64,000 nt of DNA. Origin: Eledone cirrhosa (taxonomy: Eukaryota). A model generated the notes under the pieces. The model worked only from the letters and a program-made list of their open reading frames with translations, ran no database searches and had not been told where the DNA came from. Where the stretch lies: the NCBI GenBank assembly GCA_964016885.1, contig OZ024749.1, forward strand, positions 6,696,001 to 6,760,000, given 5' to 3'. Position 1 is the first letter of the stretch. Each line of letters opens with the position of its first letter. Positions 13,582-27,853 of the stretch are shown here, piece after piece. The translations under genes and the position numbers were made by a program.

Positions 13582-16473
13582 ACACAATGTGCTACCTGCT
13601 CCCAGACCCTAATACACTCACCACTAAGTGACACAATGTGCTACCTGCTCCCAGACCCTAATACACTCACCACTAAGTGACACAATGTGCTACCTGCTCC
13701 CAGACCCTAATACACTCACCACTAAGGGACACAGTGTGCTACCTGCTCCCAGACCCTAATACACTCACCACTAAGTGACACAATGTGCTACCTGCTCCCA
13801 GACCCTAATACACTCACCACTAAGTGACACAATGTGCTACCTGCTCCCAGACCCTAATACACTCACCACTAAGTGACACAATGTGCTACCTGCTCCCAGA
13901 CCCTAATACACTCACCACTAAGTGACACAATGTGCTACCTGCTCCCAGACCCTAATACACTCACCACTAAGTGACACAGTGTGCTACCTGCTCCCAGACC
14001 CTAATACACTCACCACTAAGTGACACAGTGTGCTACGTGCTCCCAGACCCTAATACACTCACCACTAAGTGACACAATGTGCTACCTGCTCCCAGACCCT
14101 AATACACTCACCACTAAGTGACACAATGTGCTACCTGCTCCCAGACCCTAATACACTCACCACTAAGTGACACAATGTGCTACCTGCTCCCAGACCCTAA
14201 TACACTCACCACTAAGTGACACAATGTGCTACCTGCTCCCAGACCCTAATACACTCACCACTAAGTGACACAATGTGCTACCTGCTCCCAGACCCTAATA
14301 CACTCACCACTAAGTGACACAGTGTGCTACCTGCTCCCAGACCCTAATACACTCACCACTAAGTGACACAATGTGCTACCTGCTCCCAGACCCTAATACA
14401 CTCACCACTAAGTGACACAATGTGCTACCTGCTCCCAGACCCTAATACACTCACCACTAAGTGACACAGTGTGCTACCTGCTCCCAGACCCTAATACACT
14501 CACCACTAAGTGACACAATGTGCTACCTGCTCCCAGACCCTAATACACTCACCACTAAGTGACACAATGTGCTACCTGCTCCCAGACCCTAATACACTCA
14601 CCACTAAGTGACACAGTGTGCTACCTGCTCCCAGACCCTAATACACTCACCACTAAGTGACACAATGTGCTACCTGCTCCCAGACCCTAATACACTCACC
14701 ACTAAGTGACACAATGTGCTACCTGCTCCCAGACCCTAATACACTCACCACTAAGTGACACAATGTGCTACCTGCTCCCAGACCCTAATACACTCACCAC
14801 TAAGTGACACAGTGTGCTACCTGCTCCCAGACCCTAATACACTCACCACTAAGTGACACAATGTGCTACCTGCTCCCAGACCCTAATACACTCACCACTA
14901 AGTGACACAATGTGCTACCTGCTCCCAGACCCTAATACACTCACCACTAAGTGACACAGTGTGCTACCTGCTCCCAGACCCTAATACACTCACCACTAAG
15001 TGACACAATGTGCTACCTGCTCCCAGACCCTAATACACTCACCACTAAGTGACACAGTGTGCTACCTGCTCCCAGACCCTAATACACTCACCACTAAGTG
15101 ACACAATGTGCTACCTGCTCCCAGACCCTAATACACTCACCACTAAGTGACACAATGTGCTACCTGCTCCCAGACCCTAATACACTCACCACTAAGTGAC
15201 ACAGTGTGCTACCTGCTCCCAGACCCTAATACACTCACCACTAAGTGACACAGTGTGCTACCTGCTCCCAGACCCTAATACACTCACCACTAAGTGACAC
15301 AGTGTGCTACCTGCTCCCAGACCCTAATACACTCACCACTAAGTGACACAATGTGCTACCTGCTCCCAGACCCTAATACACTCACCACTAAGTGACACAA
15401 TGTGCTACCTGCTCCCAGACCCTAATACACTCACCACTAAGTGACACAGTGTGCTACCTGCTCCCAGACCCTAATACACTCACCACTAAGTGACACAATG
15501 TGCTACCTGCTCCCAGACCCTAATACACTCACCACTAAGTGACACAGTGTGCTACCTGCTCCCAGACCCTAATACACTCACCACTAAGTGACACAGTGTG
15601 CTACCTGCTCCCAGACCCTAATACACTCACCACTAAGTGACACAATGTGCTACCTGCTCCCAGACCTTAATACACTCACCACTAAGTGACACAGTGTGCT
15701 ACCTGCTCCCAGACCCTAATACACTCACCACTAAGTGACACAATGTGCTACCTGCTCCCAGACCCTAATACACTCACCACTAAGTGACACAATGTGCTAC
15801 CTGCTCCCAGACCCTAATACACTCACCACTAAGTGACACAGTGTGCTACCTGCTCCCAGACCCTAATACACTCACCACTAAGTGACACAATGTGCTACCT
15901 GCTCCCAGACCCTAATACACTCACCACTAAGTGACACAGTGTGCTACCTGCTCCCAGACCCTAATACACTCACCACTAAGTGACACAGTGTGCTACCTGC
16001 TCCCAGACCCTAATACACTCACCACTAAGTGACACAGTGTGCTACCTGCTCCCAGACCCTAATACACTCACCACTAAGTGACACAGTGTGCTACCTGCTC
16101 CCAGACCCTAATACACTCACCACTAAGTGACACAGTGTGCTACCTGCTCCCAGACCCTAATACACTCACCACTAAGTGACACAATGTGCTACCTGCTCCC
16201 AGACCCTAATACACTCACCACTAAGTGACACAGTGTGCTACCTGCTCCCAGACCCTAATACACTCACCACTAAGTGACACAGTGTGCTACCTGCTCCCAG
16301 ACCCTAATACACTCACCACTAAGTGACACAATGTGCTACCTGCTCCCAGACCCTAATACACTCACCACTAAGTGACACAATGTGCTACCTGCTCCCAGAC
16401 CCTAATACACTCACCACTAAGTGACACAGTGTGCTACCTGCTCCCAGACCCTAATACACTCACCACTAAGTGA
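13582..16473. repeat. 49-bp tandem array, about 59 near-identical copies
   Basis: Unit gacaca(a/g)tgtgctacctgctcccagaccctaatacactcaccactaagt, no spacers. Confidence 0.98.
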
Positions 16474-16710
16474 TGTGCCACTACATATTTAACTGGAAAT
16501 AAATACAATCTGTTAGAAGATAAAGTCCACTTAACACCTAATGACCTTTACCACATGAAGCCCTATTATCAAGAGATACTTGAAAAGTACAAAAGGGCAT
16601 TATGATTATATTACATTAAACATTAAAGCTTTTATTGCACATTTTCACATTCTTTTCTTTACAAGTAATCTTTACTCAAGTACTGCACATTTTCAGAACA
16701 ATATATCCAC

Positions 16711-17095
16711 AGGCGCTACTTGGATCCAGTACTGCCGAGCTCCTCTGCAAGATCAGAGCATCGGTGAGCCATCTGAGGGGGAAGCCTTGCGAGGTTGGGT
16801 GGCTGTTGCAGAAGGTGTCACTGGCCATCATCCAGGGGAATGCAGCACTCCTGCCCCTTTGCCCCAAAGTCCAATCACCCTCCCCCTCTCTTCTGCAACA
16901 CCAGAGCTCTTACCATCCCCTCCCTTTCCCGTTCTTTTTCTTCTTCCTTTCTCTCTTTTTTTTTTTTCCATATTTCCCTATTCTTTCCTTCCTTTTCTTC
17001 CCCTTTTTTAATTTTTTCTTACTAAATAAGATTTGTTTTTTTGCTTTTGAATAAATTTATATGAATATCGAAAATAATAAAAAAAACAAAAAACC
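16711..17095 (+). mobile_element. CRE-clade-like non-LTR retrotransposon 3' fragment
   Basis: WLLQKVSLAIIQGNAALL resembles the CRE C-terminal QRLSxAIQRGNA motif; A-rich tail; tatccac flanks both sides (16704-16710, 17096-17102). Confidence 0.7.
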
Positions 17096-19921
17096 TATCC
17101 ACTAGTAAAGAAACCGTAAACAAACCACATTAGCAAAACATTTATGATTTGTATAAAACAACACTATGATGGCATTACATTAAAAATTAAAGTCTTTATA
17201 TTTAACTGCAAAATTTGCCAATGATCTCACTAGTTAGTAATATAAAGATACAATAAACATTTGAAGCAACTAACCCATATTTAGACATTTTCTGTTAAAT
17301 CATTACAGGATGTTGGCAGTTAACATCTTAAGGAACGCAATTACAATTGCGAAAAGCTACGAAAAATATCTTTAATGAGTTTAGAAACCACATTTTACCA
17401 AGATTCCTTCTAATTTTTACATCCAGACGCCAAAAGACATAAAACAAAAGACAAAAGACTAAATAAATGATATAAAGACACAAAATGTCAGCATGTAGTA
17501 TAGTCAGTAAAGTGTATTGTTTTTTCTTGGGGGATAGGGTGGAGTGGGGGTATGTTTTGTTTATTTGTTGATTTTAGTATTGTTTTTCATGCCGAAAACA
17601 ATTTATATTGAAAATTCAATTTTTCATTATATTATTTTTTTTTTTTTCCTTTTCTTCTCTTCTCACTTTTGAAAACTTAATAATTACCGCACCATTCTTT
17701 TTTCCTTTGATGTAGCTTGAGAAATCAGTGGTTGTTATGAAAATCCAATGTAGCAGCAAGAAAGCAAATAGCTAATGGCCCAATATGCAGAGTATAATAT
17801 CAACTGTCCAAGAATTAATTTTTATTAAATATTCTGCTAATCATAAATCATTTTGTTTTTGTTATTTTTTGTGTTTATGTTGTTGTTTTAATTTGAATTT
17901 TATTCTTTAAATAATTCAAGTCTTGCAATACCAAGCATTTAGAAATGCTATGATTATATTTGTAACACATCAAATACTTTTAAAGTTTAATAATTTTGAT
18001 TAGCAACCAGCAGCCGGCCAGCCCTGAAACCACCTTTGTTTCTGTGAAACAGACCCCCACTCAACCCCTCCTACCTCCCTATTTTAAAAGTGTTTATATT
18101 TAAATTAAAATCTTATATCATAAATTTATGTGAGAAACTTTTTCGTGAAGTTATCTTTCTGAACACTAAATTAAATAATGATAAGGTTTAGATATTTTGC
18201 CCAAATCCTATCAAATTCTTGAATATCAAGAATTTTAGGCAGCGTATTTCATTAGAAACATCATTGATATTTTATATCTACTTTCTATTCTGGGTTATTA
18301 TGGTGCAAATCAATTCTATTCAGATTTACAGGCTTCCTAGACTATATTGCTCACATATTCCATTTCCTAACACTAACCACTTAACAGTATAATGGATGAA
18401 TTTTATCCTGGCACCAACATTATCACTTTACAGAACGTACAAGGTGTATTTTATGGCACAAACATTATCAGTTCACAAAGTGTTTTGGGAGCATTAAAGA
18501 GGTTGTTATTCCTTTAACAGAGTCTACGAGGTGCAATTTATATTGGCACTAACTCAAGAAAGATTGCTTTGTCTTCTCCATGACTAAAGAGGCATCCGCA
18601 CTCTATGTTTTCTCCATTCTTTCAAAGCAAATATACCAGAGCATGTGATTTGAGAGGGAGTGTTGAGAAAAGGGATAATTAAGGAGATTGGCTTATAATA
18701 TAATTTTACAATACACATGAAAATGACAAGTAGAAAAATACAAAAAGCAAATAAACATTTCTTCTGTTTAAAATATCAGACATTGAAAAATGTTGAGAGA
18801 CTCTCCCAACACACCAGTTGAAAAATTGTTATAATGTTTTTAAATCTAAAAAGATGCCAGTAATGCATATTTGAATGTGAGTGCTTAGAAAATAATGACA
18901 CAATCCTAATTGAAAGAAAAGAATTCACACATTTTGTTGTTGACTCAAACAACTCCAGATGGCTTAATTGTCAGTTATAAAAGCATATAATAGAAGTTTA
19001 TTTTTTATTGTATCAGAGCTGTGTATTGTATCTATTGTATATAAGATCAGGTATTTTTCAACAAGAATTCAGTTGTATTATATCAAATGGATGTCGAACT
19101 TGTTAATGAACAAGTGGCTGTGCGTTCCATAAACATTTTTGTTGTTATATTTCTAAGAAAAGACATTGCCTATGATTTTCAGATAATTTTTTAAATAATC
19201 AAAAATTTGGAGGAGCTTAGCAAAATAGCTAACTTTCTTATTATATTAAGCTAGTGTTTCGAGTATAGTTCAACAAACATTATCACAAAAAATTATGGTG
19301 AAACGTTTTTACATTAAAAAAAAAACTGTTGTAGTTTTTTTGAAGTATTGTGGAATTTGTGGAATAAGAAATACAAATTGAACTAGGAAATAGTTCAAAT
19401 ATTTGGAAGCCCGGCAATGTGTGTGAGATTATAAGTGTAAAGGTAATAGGAATTAGAGAAAATAGGATAGAAGAATGGAGAAAAGAGTGAAAATCGTAGA
19501 ATTTTACATTAGCAATTCTAATGATTCTAAATACTTTTGGATTTACCATCCATTATCAGAGGAAGCTGTGTCTGAGAAGATTTGTTGATAAATATTTTTC
19601 AAACAAATAGTTTTGTGTCATAGAACCCGATGTGGTTTCAGGCAGTTTGCTGTCAAAATGGTTTATGTAATTCTTCTGTCTAATCAATGCGACAGTGTGT
19701 AACAAGGTAGAACCTTTCAATTGCAGGTACAATCTATCTGGAGGGGTTCTTCACAGTTACCATCTATTGAATTTAACCCACAAAGTTTAGCATGATCCAC
19801 AGCTATGATAAAAGACATGCATGATGACACATAGTTGGGCCACACCAACAACCACTTGATTGCAAAGCAAACTTCTTAACCTTATAGCCATGTTGGCATC
19901 CATTGTATCCAATATAATTAA

Positions 19922-20140
19922 CCCTTTAGTATTTAAACTGGCCATATCCGGCCAGAATTCTCTCACCTCTTTCTGTTCAAACTGGCTGTAACTGGCCACT
20001 CATACTTATATTAAGGTATTGTTCTCAAAATAAATAATATCAAAATCTCGTAGGTTTGATAATATGTGGGATAATTATGTGATATAAAGTTTACTGTGAA
20101 AATACAATGGTATATATAGAGTAATGTAAATGCTAAAGGA
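19922..20140. mobile_element. piggyBac-like MITE; other copies 51638-~52130 (SINE-interrupted) and 62191-62398
   Basis: TTAA on both sides, TIR CCCTTTAGtATTTA / TAAATGCTAAAGGa. Confidence 0.8.
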
Positions 20141-20211
20141 TTAAATCTCAAATGCCACAGTCAATGTAACTGTAACCAGGCACCAGGTTGTAATGGTATA
20201 TTATGTGTGGT

Positions 20212-20926
20212 TGTAACGATAAGTGGATGAATGTAACTGTTGGTATGGTGGTTTTGATGTAAAGAAAAATACCAGGATTGTGTTGTTACAAAGTTTATTT
20301 TATTATAACAATATTCAATTTGAATATTGAATGATAAAATCAATAACACAAAATATTCATACAATAATTTGGTGGCTCTTCGACCCACGTAAATTCAAGT
20401 ATCACAGAATACGATTATAATATAATTTGTACTGTATCAGAAAGGTACACTATGTGTAAACAGAAATGGTGCGTGTATAAATAGTGAACTCACTATGAAT
20501 GCGTGTGTGCGTATCAGTATATTTACTTGTTTGTATTGCAGGAGTCAGCGATCAGCCAGGAAGGTGAGAATAAGTGGCAGACTGGTTTTTCATGACAAGA
20601 GCTTGTAAATGTGACTTGTCTTGTCTGTATATCACTTCTTTTCTGTCGGGGCGTAAACAACCCCTGTATTTATAAGGGTTGAAGTTAGAAGGATAGATAT
20701 ATTCTCTGAAATTTGGTTAGTCTCTCCCAAGGGATTAGTTTGCCAAGCGTAAACAAGTCAGAAAGATGGATATATCCTCTGACCTATTTTCTGTCAGGCG
20801 TAAACACCTCTGACTTGTGTTTAGCCTCTCCCAAGGGGTTAGTCTCTTGAGCGTAAACAACTTACCACTGCTTGTCCCAGAGGCGGGAAAGCTCAGATTC
20901 GGTTTTGAATCTTCACCGCCGTTATA
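20212..20926 (-). mobile_element. Probable solo LTR
   Basis: tgtaacg..cgttata termini, tggt/aggt flanks, minus-strand TATAAATA (~20667-20674) and AATAAA (~20294-20304), four gcgtaaaca repeats. Confidence 0.45.
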
Positions 20927-21198
20927 AGGTAATAATCATAAGCTAAATGTTGAAAAAGAATCACAGCTGAAAATATTTTAACTCTTTTTGATATTGACCC
21001 ACTGAAAACCATTCCTAGCTCCTTGGAATAAACTACCCATGTTTTAAAGGTGTCCTAATTACATTAAAATCTTATCTTTCAACATAATTTTGTCTAAGTT
21101 ATAAAACAGTTGGCATTTGAATGGAGACAATTGTGGGAGATAGGACTCTTCAGTCATAGAGACGACAAGATGATCTCTCTAGTGTTGGTGTGTAAGGG

Positions 21199-21515
21199 TA
21201 AAATGCACCCAGTACACTCTGTAAACTGGTAATGCTGGTGCCACAATAAAATACTCCCAGCACACTCTGTAAACTGGTAATACTGGTGCCACAATAAAAT
21301 ACACCCAGCACACTCTGTAAACTGGTAATACTGGTGCCACAATAAAATACACCCAGCACACTCTGTAAACTGGTAATACTGGTGCCACAATAAAATACAC
21401 CCAGCACACTCTGTAAACTGGTAATACTGGTGCCATAATAAAATATACCCAGTACACTCTGTAAACTGGTAATACTGGTGCCACAATAAAATACACCCAG
21501 TACACTCTGTAAACT
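21199..21515. repeat. 48-bp minisatellite, ~6.5 copies, related to the RTE/SINE 3' tail
   Basis: ggtgccacaataaaatacacccagcacactctgtaaa resembles ggtgccacggcaaaaaagcacccagcactcactgtaaa. Confidence 0.9.
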
Positions 21516-21520
21516 CTTTA

Positions 21521-21712
21521 GGGGCGGTGGATTGGCAGTATCGGTAGAGGATCGGAGGGCATGCTTTGACGCATAGAGTTACGGTCCTTGTCATTCTGAG
21601 TTCAAATCCCGCTGAGGTTAACTTTGCCTTTCATCCTTACGGGGTCGATAAAATAAAGTACCAGTAATGCACTGGGTAATTGCTGGCCTTGTGCCAAAAG
21701 TAGAAACAATTA
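21521..21712 (+). mobile_element. SINE family B; other copies 24071-24258 (+), 58455-58998 (-, three tandem); related variants ~27941-28230, 50600-50900, 63100-63730
   Basis: Same head, core and tail as the 10-12 kb cluster. Confidence 0.88.
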
Positions 21713-23430
21713 ATTAATTGAAATACTGTGTATTTCATGAGAAATATTCCTAACGTTAGACTGATGCTACAGAAAGCAAAACTCACATATTCCTGGTTGA
21801 AAAGGAAGTTGAGAAAGAAACTAAAGAGAAATTGCAATATTTCAGTATAATACTGATTGATAAATGTAGACACTACATTCAGAGAGGAGAAGATGAAGAA
21901 TCCTGATGAGTGGAGACATGGTGTGCTGAAGAGGACCCGTCCCACCCTGGCAAGCAAGGAAAAGCGGACGTAAAGTGATGATGATGATGTGTGTAGGTGA
22001 AGGTGCATGACTTAGTGGTTAGAGAGTTGGATTCACAATTGTGAGGTTGTGAGTTCAATTCTCAGACCGGGTGATGTGTTGTGTCCTTGAGCAAGACACT
22101 TTATTTCATGTTTCTCTTTCTGCCAGGAGTTGTGACCAGTAGATAGTATCAGCAATGGAGAGACTAACGGAAACAAAATTTCCTTGATGCGATTTGATGA
22201 GGTCCACCCCACTCAGCAACAGAACGAGGTCTGGGATCTTGTCAATCAATCAGAGCATATATATGTGTGTAAATATGGTTTTATCTGTATGTGAATTGAG
22301 TTGATATAAAGTTATGCCAAATAATCAAATTTTTGAAAATCTACCCTGAAGTAGTAGTTTACATTAGAAATATGGTAATGAAAAGAGTAAGTGGAACACC
22401 AACAACATCAATTCCCCAAGTGTCAGAGGACCTGTGAGTGCCATGGGCATTGCCCCTTCTTTCAGAACTTATGAGAAACAAACAAACAAACATGAAATGA
22501 ACTGTTCATTCCCTCAAAAGTTGTCTCCATCTGCCAATGTTAAAGAGAATTTCATTACATTTCACTTCTCAATAATTGTATTAAATACTGTTGATGTCTT
22601 TGTTGTTGATGTTTGTGCTGTTGTTTGTGTTGTTGTTGATGTTTGTGTTGTTGTTGTTGTAGTTGTTGATGTTTGTGCTGTTGTTTGTGTTGTTGTTTTA
22701 TATAAACACAGTTATTGATTTACAAAATAATGTCCCCAATTCTATCATTGATTATTTTCACAAGGTCATTTATTTAAAGTAAACAACCACACAGCCTCAA
22801 GTCTTACCACATTATAAAGAATTTTAAAATGTTTTTTCTTAAATCAATAAAGAGGGAGGAAAACACAACCAAGAACCGCCCCACCCCAGAAAAAATAAAG
22901 CAAAAAAACAAAAAAAAAATAGAATAGAAAAACAAACAAAAAGAAAAAAAAAACAAAGAAAAAAAAACATTAGTTACAAGACAGATATTTTATTCTTGTA
23001 TTGTTGCAATTAAAAATTCTTCATTAACACATAATAAATAAAATGAAATTAAGTTGTCTTAATTTTCTCTTTGTTTCTTTTGCTGGTTCACTTTTATTTT
23101 TTCAAAATAATTTTATGGTCTCTAACTTTTATTAACCAACAAGTGAAAGTTTATTGCACGGTCATTCAGGCCAGCTGGAGCTAACAGCCAGATTTTCCTA
23201 AATCCTTTTTATACTAAACTGCACCTGAAATATCTCCTGCTACTGCAATTCCGGTCCTTTGATCAAGGCCTGACATCCATAAACCCCACATGCCAGGGGT
23301 ACCTGCGATGACTGGCAAGGGTGGTTTATGGCAACAGGATATTAGATGTGTAATCAGTGCTTAAATCTAATAAACCAGACTTTGGAATTGTAATCACAAT
23401 GGTGTCATACAAATGATCCATCATTCCCAG

Positions 23431-23646
23431 TTAGATACTGTGACAATACATAGAGTAGTGTCTTGTGTCTCCTACAACTTGGGGACAATGGAGGAGGCTT
23501 AAACATTTCCTCTTAGATACTGTGACAATACATAGAGTAGTGTCTTGTGTTTCCTACAACTTGGGGACAATGGAGCAGAATTAAACATTTCCTCTTAGAT
23601 ACTGTGACAATAAATAGAGTAGTGTCTTGTGTTTCCTACAATTTGG
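23431..23646. repeat. 82-bp tandem repeat, ~2.6 copies
   Basis: ttagatactgtgacaata recurs at 23431, 23513, 23595. Confidence 0.9.
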
Positions 23647-23801
23647 ACGGGTTTCTCCCACTTGAGGCAAGATTGGTCAGGTGACTATGTCTTGCTCATA
23701 CAGAACTGTTTCTGGCAGGTTTTCTATGGCTCGATGCCATTCTTAACCACATTTACAGTGTGGACTTGAAGCCTTTTAACCCTGTCTCCTACATTACCAC
23801 T

Positions 23802-23857
<56 letters not shown>

Positions 23858-24259
23858 CTTAGGTGGTTACACACATATTTTGAGCATCATTTTCCTATTC
23901 AATGTTTAATATTTTCATTAGATTTCATCAGTGAGGAGATGACAAACTATTTTCCTTTCTCAATATGTCATTTCTACTTCAAGCAAATCAATACAAAATA
24001 GAAACAATAAAATAAAAAGAAAGATAAAAATGTACATGCTCTTATATTTCAACATTATTTGTTACTACTTGGCAGTGGATTGGCAGTATCGGTAGAGGGT
24101 CGGACGCCATGCTTTCCAGCGTAGTTACGTCCCTTTACCATCTGAGTTCAAATCCCGCCGAGGTTGACTTTGCCTTTCATCCTTACGGGGTCGATAAAAT
24201 AAAGTACCAGTAATGCACTGGTAATTGCTGGCCTTGTGCCTAAAGTAGAAACAATTATT

Positions 24260-25320
24260 TGTTACTACTTGTTGTTGTGGCTGTTGTTGTTGTTGTGGTG
24301 GTAGTGATGTTGTGGTGGTGGTGTGGTGTTGTTGTTGTTACTACTTGTTGTTGTGGCTGGTGTTGTTGTAGTAGTAGTTGTTGCTGTTGTAATTGTTGTT
24401 GCTGTTGTAGTAGTAGTAGTAGTTGTTGCTGTTGTAATTGTTGTTGCTGTTGTAGTAGTTGTTGTTGTAGTAGTAGTTGTTACTGTTGCTATAGCTGTTG
24501 TTACAGCTGTTGTTGTTGTTACTGTTATTGTTGCTATAGCTGTTACAGCTGTTGTTGTTACTGTTGTTATTGTTGCTATAGCTGTTGTTGTTACTGTTGT
24601 TATTGTTGCTATAGCTGTTGTTGTTGTTATTATTGTTGCTATAGCTGTTGTTGTTGTTACTGTTATTGTTGCTATAGCTGTTGTTATTGTTGTTATTGTT
24701 GTTATAGCTGTTGTTGTTGTTGTTGTTACTGTTATTGTTGCTATAGCTGTTGTTATTGTTGTTACTGTTGTTATAGCTGTTGTTGTTGTTGTTACTGTTG
24801 TTATAGCTGTTGTTGTTGTTGTTACTGTTGTTATTGTTGCTATAGCTGTTGTTGTTACTGTTGTTATTGTTGCTATAGCTGTTGTTGTTACTGTTGTTAT
24901 TGTTGCTATAGCTGTTGTTGTTGTTACTGTTGTTATTGTTGATATAGCTGTTGTTGTTACTGTTGTTACAGCTGTTGTTGTTGTTACTGTTGTTGTTGTT
25001 GCTATAGCTGTTGTTACAGCTGTTGTTCTTACTGTTTTTATTGTTGCTATAACTGCTGTTGTTGTTGTTACTGTTATTGTTGCTATAGCTGTTGTTGTTA
25101 CTGTTGTTATTGTTGCTATAGCTGTTGTTACAGTTGTTGTTACTGTTTTTATTGTTGCTATAGCTGTTGTTGTTGTTACTGTTGTTATTGTTTCTATAGA
25201 TGTTACAGCTGTTGTTGTTGTTGTTACTGTTGTTGTTGCTACAGCTGTTGTTGATGTTACTGTTGTTATTGTTGTTGATGTTGATGTTGACATTGTTACT
25301 GTTGCTGCTGATGCTGCTGT
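24260..25320. repeat. (GTT)n-based compound trinucleotide tract; other low-complexity tracts at 35360-35490, 37210-37510, 38415-38885, 52815-53365, 56990-57530, 59000-60080
   Basis: Trinucleotide or dinucleotide periodicity seen directly. Confidence 0.95.
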
Positions 25321-25927
25321 TTGATCATGTGATGTCACCACACCATGACACAGCTGAAGTTTTATTACTTAACAAGAATTTAACATTTAATCCAATCTGA
25401 TTGGTCCACATGCAAGGGGCTGAGAACTGATAATTAGACATTAACTAAAGAGGAAATGTATGTCTTCATTTGTGGTTAGTGTCACACATGCTAGAGGGGG
25501 GTAGGGTGAGAGAGGGAGGAACGGGAGGAGAGAGACACGGGGTGAGAGGAAGAGGAGGAGGGTGATAGAGTGTGAAAGGGGGAATGTGATGAGGGAGGAG
25601 GAGTTAAGAGGAAGAGGGAGATAGAATGTGATGAGGGAGGGGGAGTTAAGAGGCAGGGAAGCAGAGAAGAGGACCAGGAATCAAATGAGAAGTAAAAAAA
25701 GAAAAAAATGCAGCTGAAGCAAGAGAGAGGGGGAGAAATAATGAGAGAGAGATATTGAGAGAGAGAGAGAGAGAGAGTGCGAGGGAGCTAGAGAGAGAGA
25801 GAATGAGAGAGAGAGAATGAGAGAGAGAAAGAATGAGAGGGAGAGAGAAGGAGAGGGAAAAAGAGAGACACGGAGAGAGTGAGAGAGAGAGAGTGAGGGA
25901 GGGAGAGAAATATATATATATATATAT

Positions 25928-26279
25928 CGTCATCATCATCATCATTTTACGTCCACCTTTCCCTGCTTGCAAGGGTGGGATGGGAACTGATTCTGGCTTG
26001 ATTTCTACAGCTGGATGCCCTTCCTAACACCAACCTCATTTACAGTGAGCGCTGGGTGCTTTTTTGCCGTGGCACCTCCACAACCACTTTGCAGTGGAAT
26101 GATATGATAGGGACCCCAGTCTGGGGTCCCTATCATCTCATTTCTACAGCTGAGTAAACTGGAGCAATGTGAAATAAAGTGTCTTGCTCAAGGAAACAAC
26201 ACATCACCTAGTCTGAGAATTGAACTCACAACCTTTTGATTGCAAGGCCAATGCTCTAACCACTAAGCCATGTGCCTCC
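25928..26279 (-). mobile_element. SINE family A
   Basis: Near-identical to 8709-9054. Confidence 0.9.
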
Positions 26280-26388
<109 letters not shown>

Positions 26389-26838
26389 AGTTGATATCAT
26401 GCTAAATGTAAGAAGAATGAATCTGTTTGATATGTACATTAAAGTTGTTAACTTTATGTTAGCTTTCAAGTTCAAAATTCACAATTCACTCAACAGTTCT
26501 AAAAATAGTCTGTTTGTTATAACTGGCAAATTGAAATATTCATAGAATTTTACACGACTATATCTATATCACAGTTTCCTCTCACTTCATCACATCTCTA
26601 TATCACACATTACCGCTTGTTAACAAATTCTGGCGTAATACTAACTAAATCTATTTCAGCATTTCTTTAATAAAGTTTCAATTAGCTAAGATTCAAAGAG
26701 GGATAAGGTTACAAACATAATTCTTTGCATCAACTTCCTGCTCGTTAGCCATACCATCCATATCAAGTATTCTTCAACCTGTAGGTCATGTCATGAAAGG
26801 AAAGAAACCTGCTACAAAACCTTTACTATGGGAGTCCA

Positions 26839-27853
26839 CTAATGTGAAATGCAAATGTAGAAGACCTTTCAAGAATCATTGAGGAAGATATAGAATTGTC
26901 CAGTGAAGAACTGTGGCAGTTAAGGGGTTGACTAATGTGAAATGCAAATGTAGAAGACCTTTCAAGAATCATTGAGGAAGATACAGAATTGTCCAGTGAA
27001 GAACTGTGGCAGTTAAGGGGTTGACTAATGTGAAATGCAAATGTAGAAGACCTTTCAAGAATCATTGAGGAAGATACAGAATTGTCCAGTGAAGAACTGT
27101 GGCAGTTAAGGGGTTGACTAATGTGAAATGCAAATGTAGAAGACCTTTCAAGAATCATTGAGGAAGATATAGAATTGTCCAGTGAAGAACTGTGGCAGTT
27201 AAGGGGTTGACTAATGTGAAATGCAAATGTAGAAGACCTTTCAAGAATCATTGAGGAAGATATAGAATTGTCCAGTGAAGAACTGTGGCAGTTAAGGGGT
27301 TGACTAATGTGAAATGCAAATGTAGAAGACCTTTCAAGAATCATTGAGGAAGATACAGAATTGTCCAGTGAAGAACTGAGGCAGTTAAGGGGTTGACTAA
27401 TGTGAAATGCAAATGTAGAAGACCTTTCAAGAATCATTGAGGAAGATACAGAATTGTCCAGTGAAGAACTGTGGCAGTTAAGGGGTTGACTAATGTGAAA
27501 TGCAAATGTAGAAGACCTTTCAAGAATCATTGAGGAAGATATAGAATTGTCCAGTGAAGAACTGTTGCAGTTAAGGGGTTGACTAATGTGAAATGCAAAT
27601 GTAGAAGACCTTTCAAGAATCATTGAGGAAGATACAGAATTGTCCAGTGAAGAACTGTGGCAGTTAAGGGGTTGACTAATGTGAAATGCAAATGTAGAAG
27701 ACCTTTCAAGAATCATTGAGGAAGATACAGAATTGTCCAGTGAAGAACTGTGGCAGTTAAGGGGTTGACTAATGTGAAATGCAAATGTAGAAGACCTTTC
27801 AAGAATCATTGAGGAAGATACAGAATTGTCCAGTGAAGAACTGAGGCAGTTAA
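26839..27853. repeat. 93-bp tandem array, 11 copies
   Basis: ctaatgtg recurs every 93 nt from 26839 to 27769. Confidence 0.97.

Noticed and set aside
13582-16473. CRISPR-like regular array (also 26839-27853 and 53365-56135)
   Set aside because: No unique spacers, no cas genes, eukaryotic context
24259-25341. Cys-rich, Thr-rich (mucin-like) and Val-rich ORFs
   Set aside because: Trinucleotide low-complexity tract open in several frames, directly following a SINE tail; no splice or domain evidence
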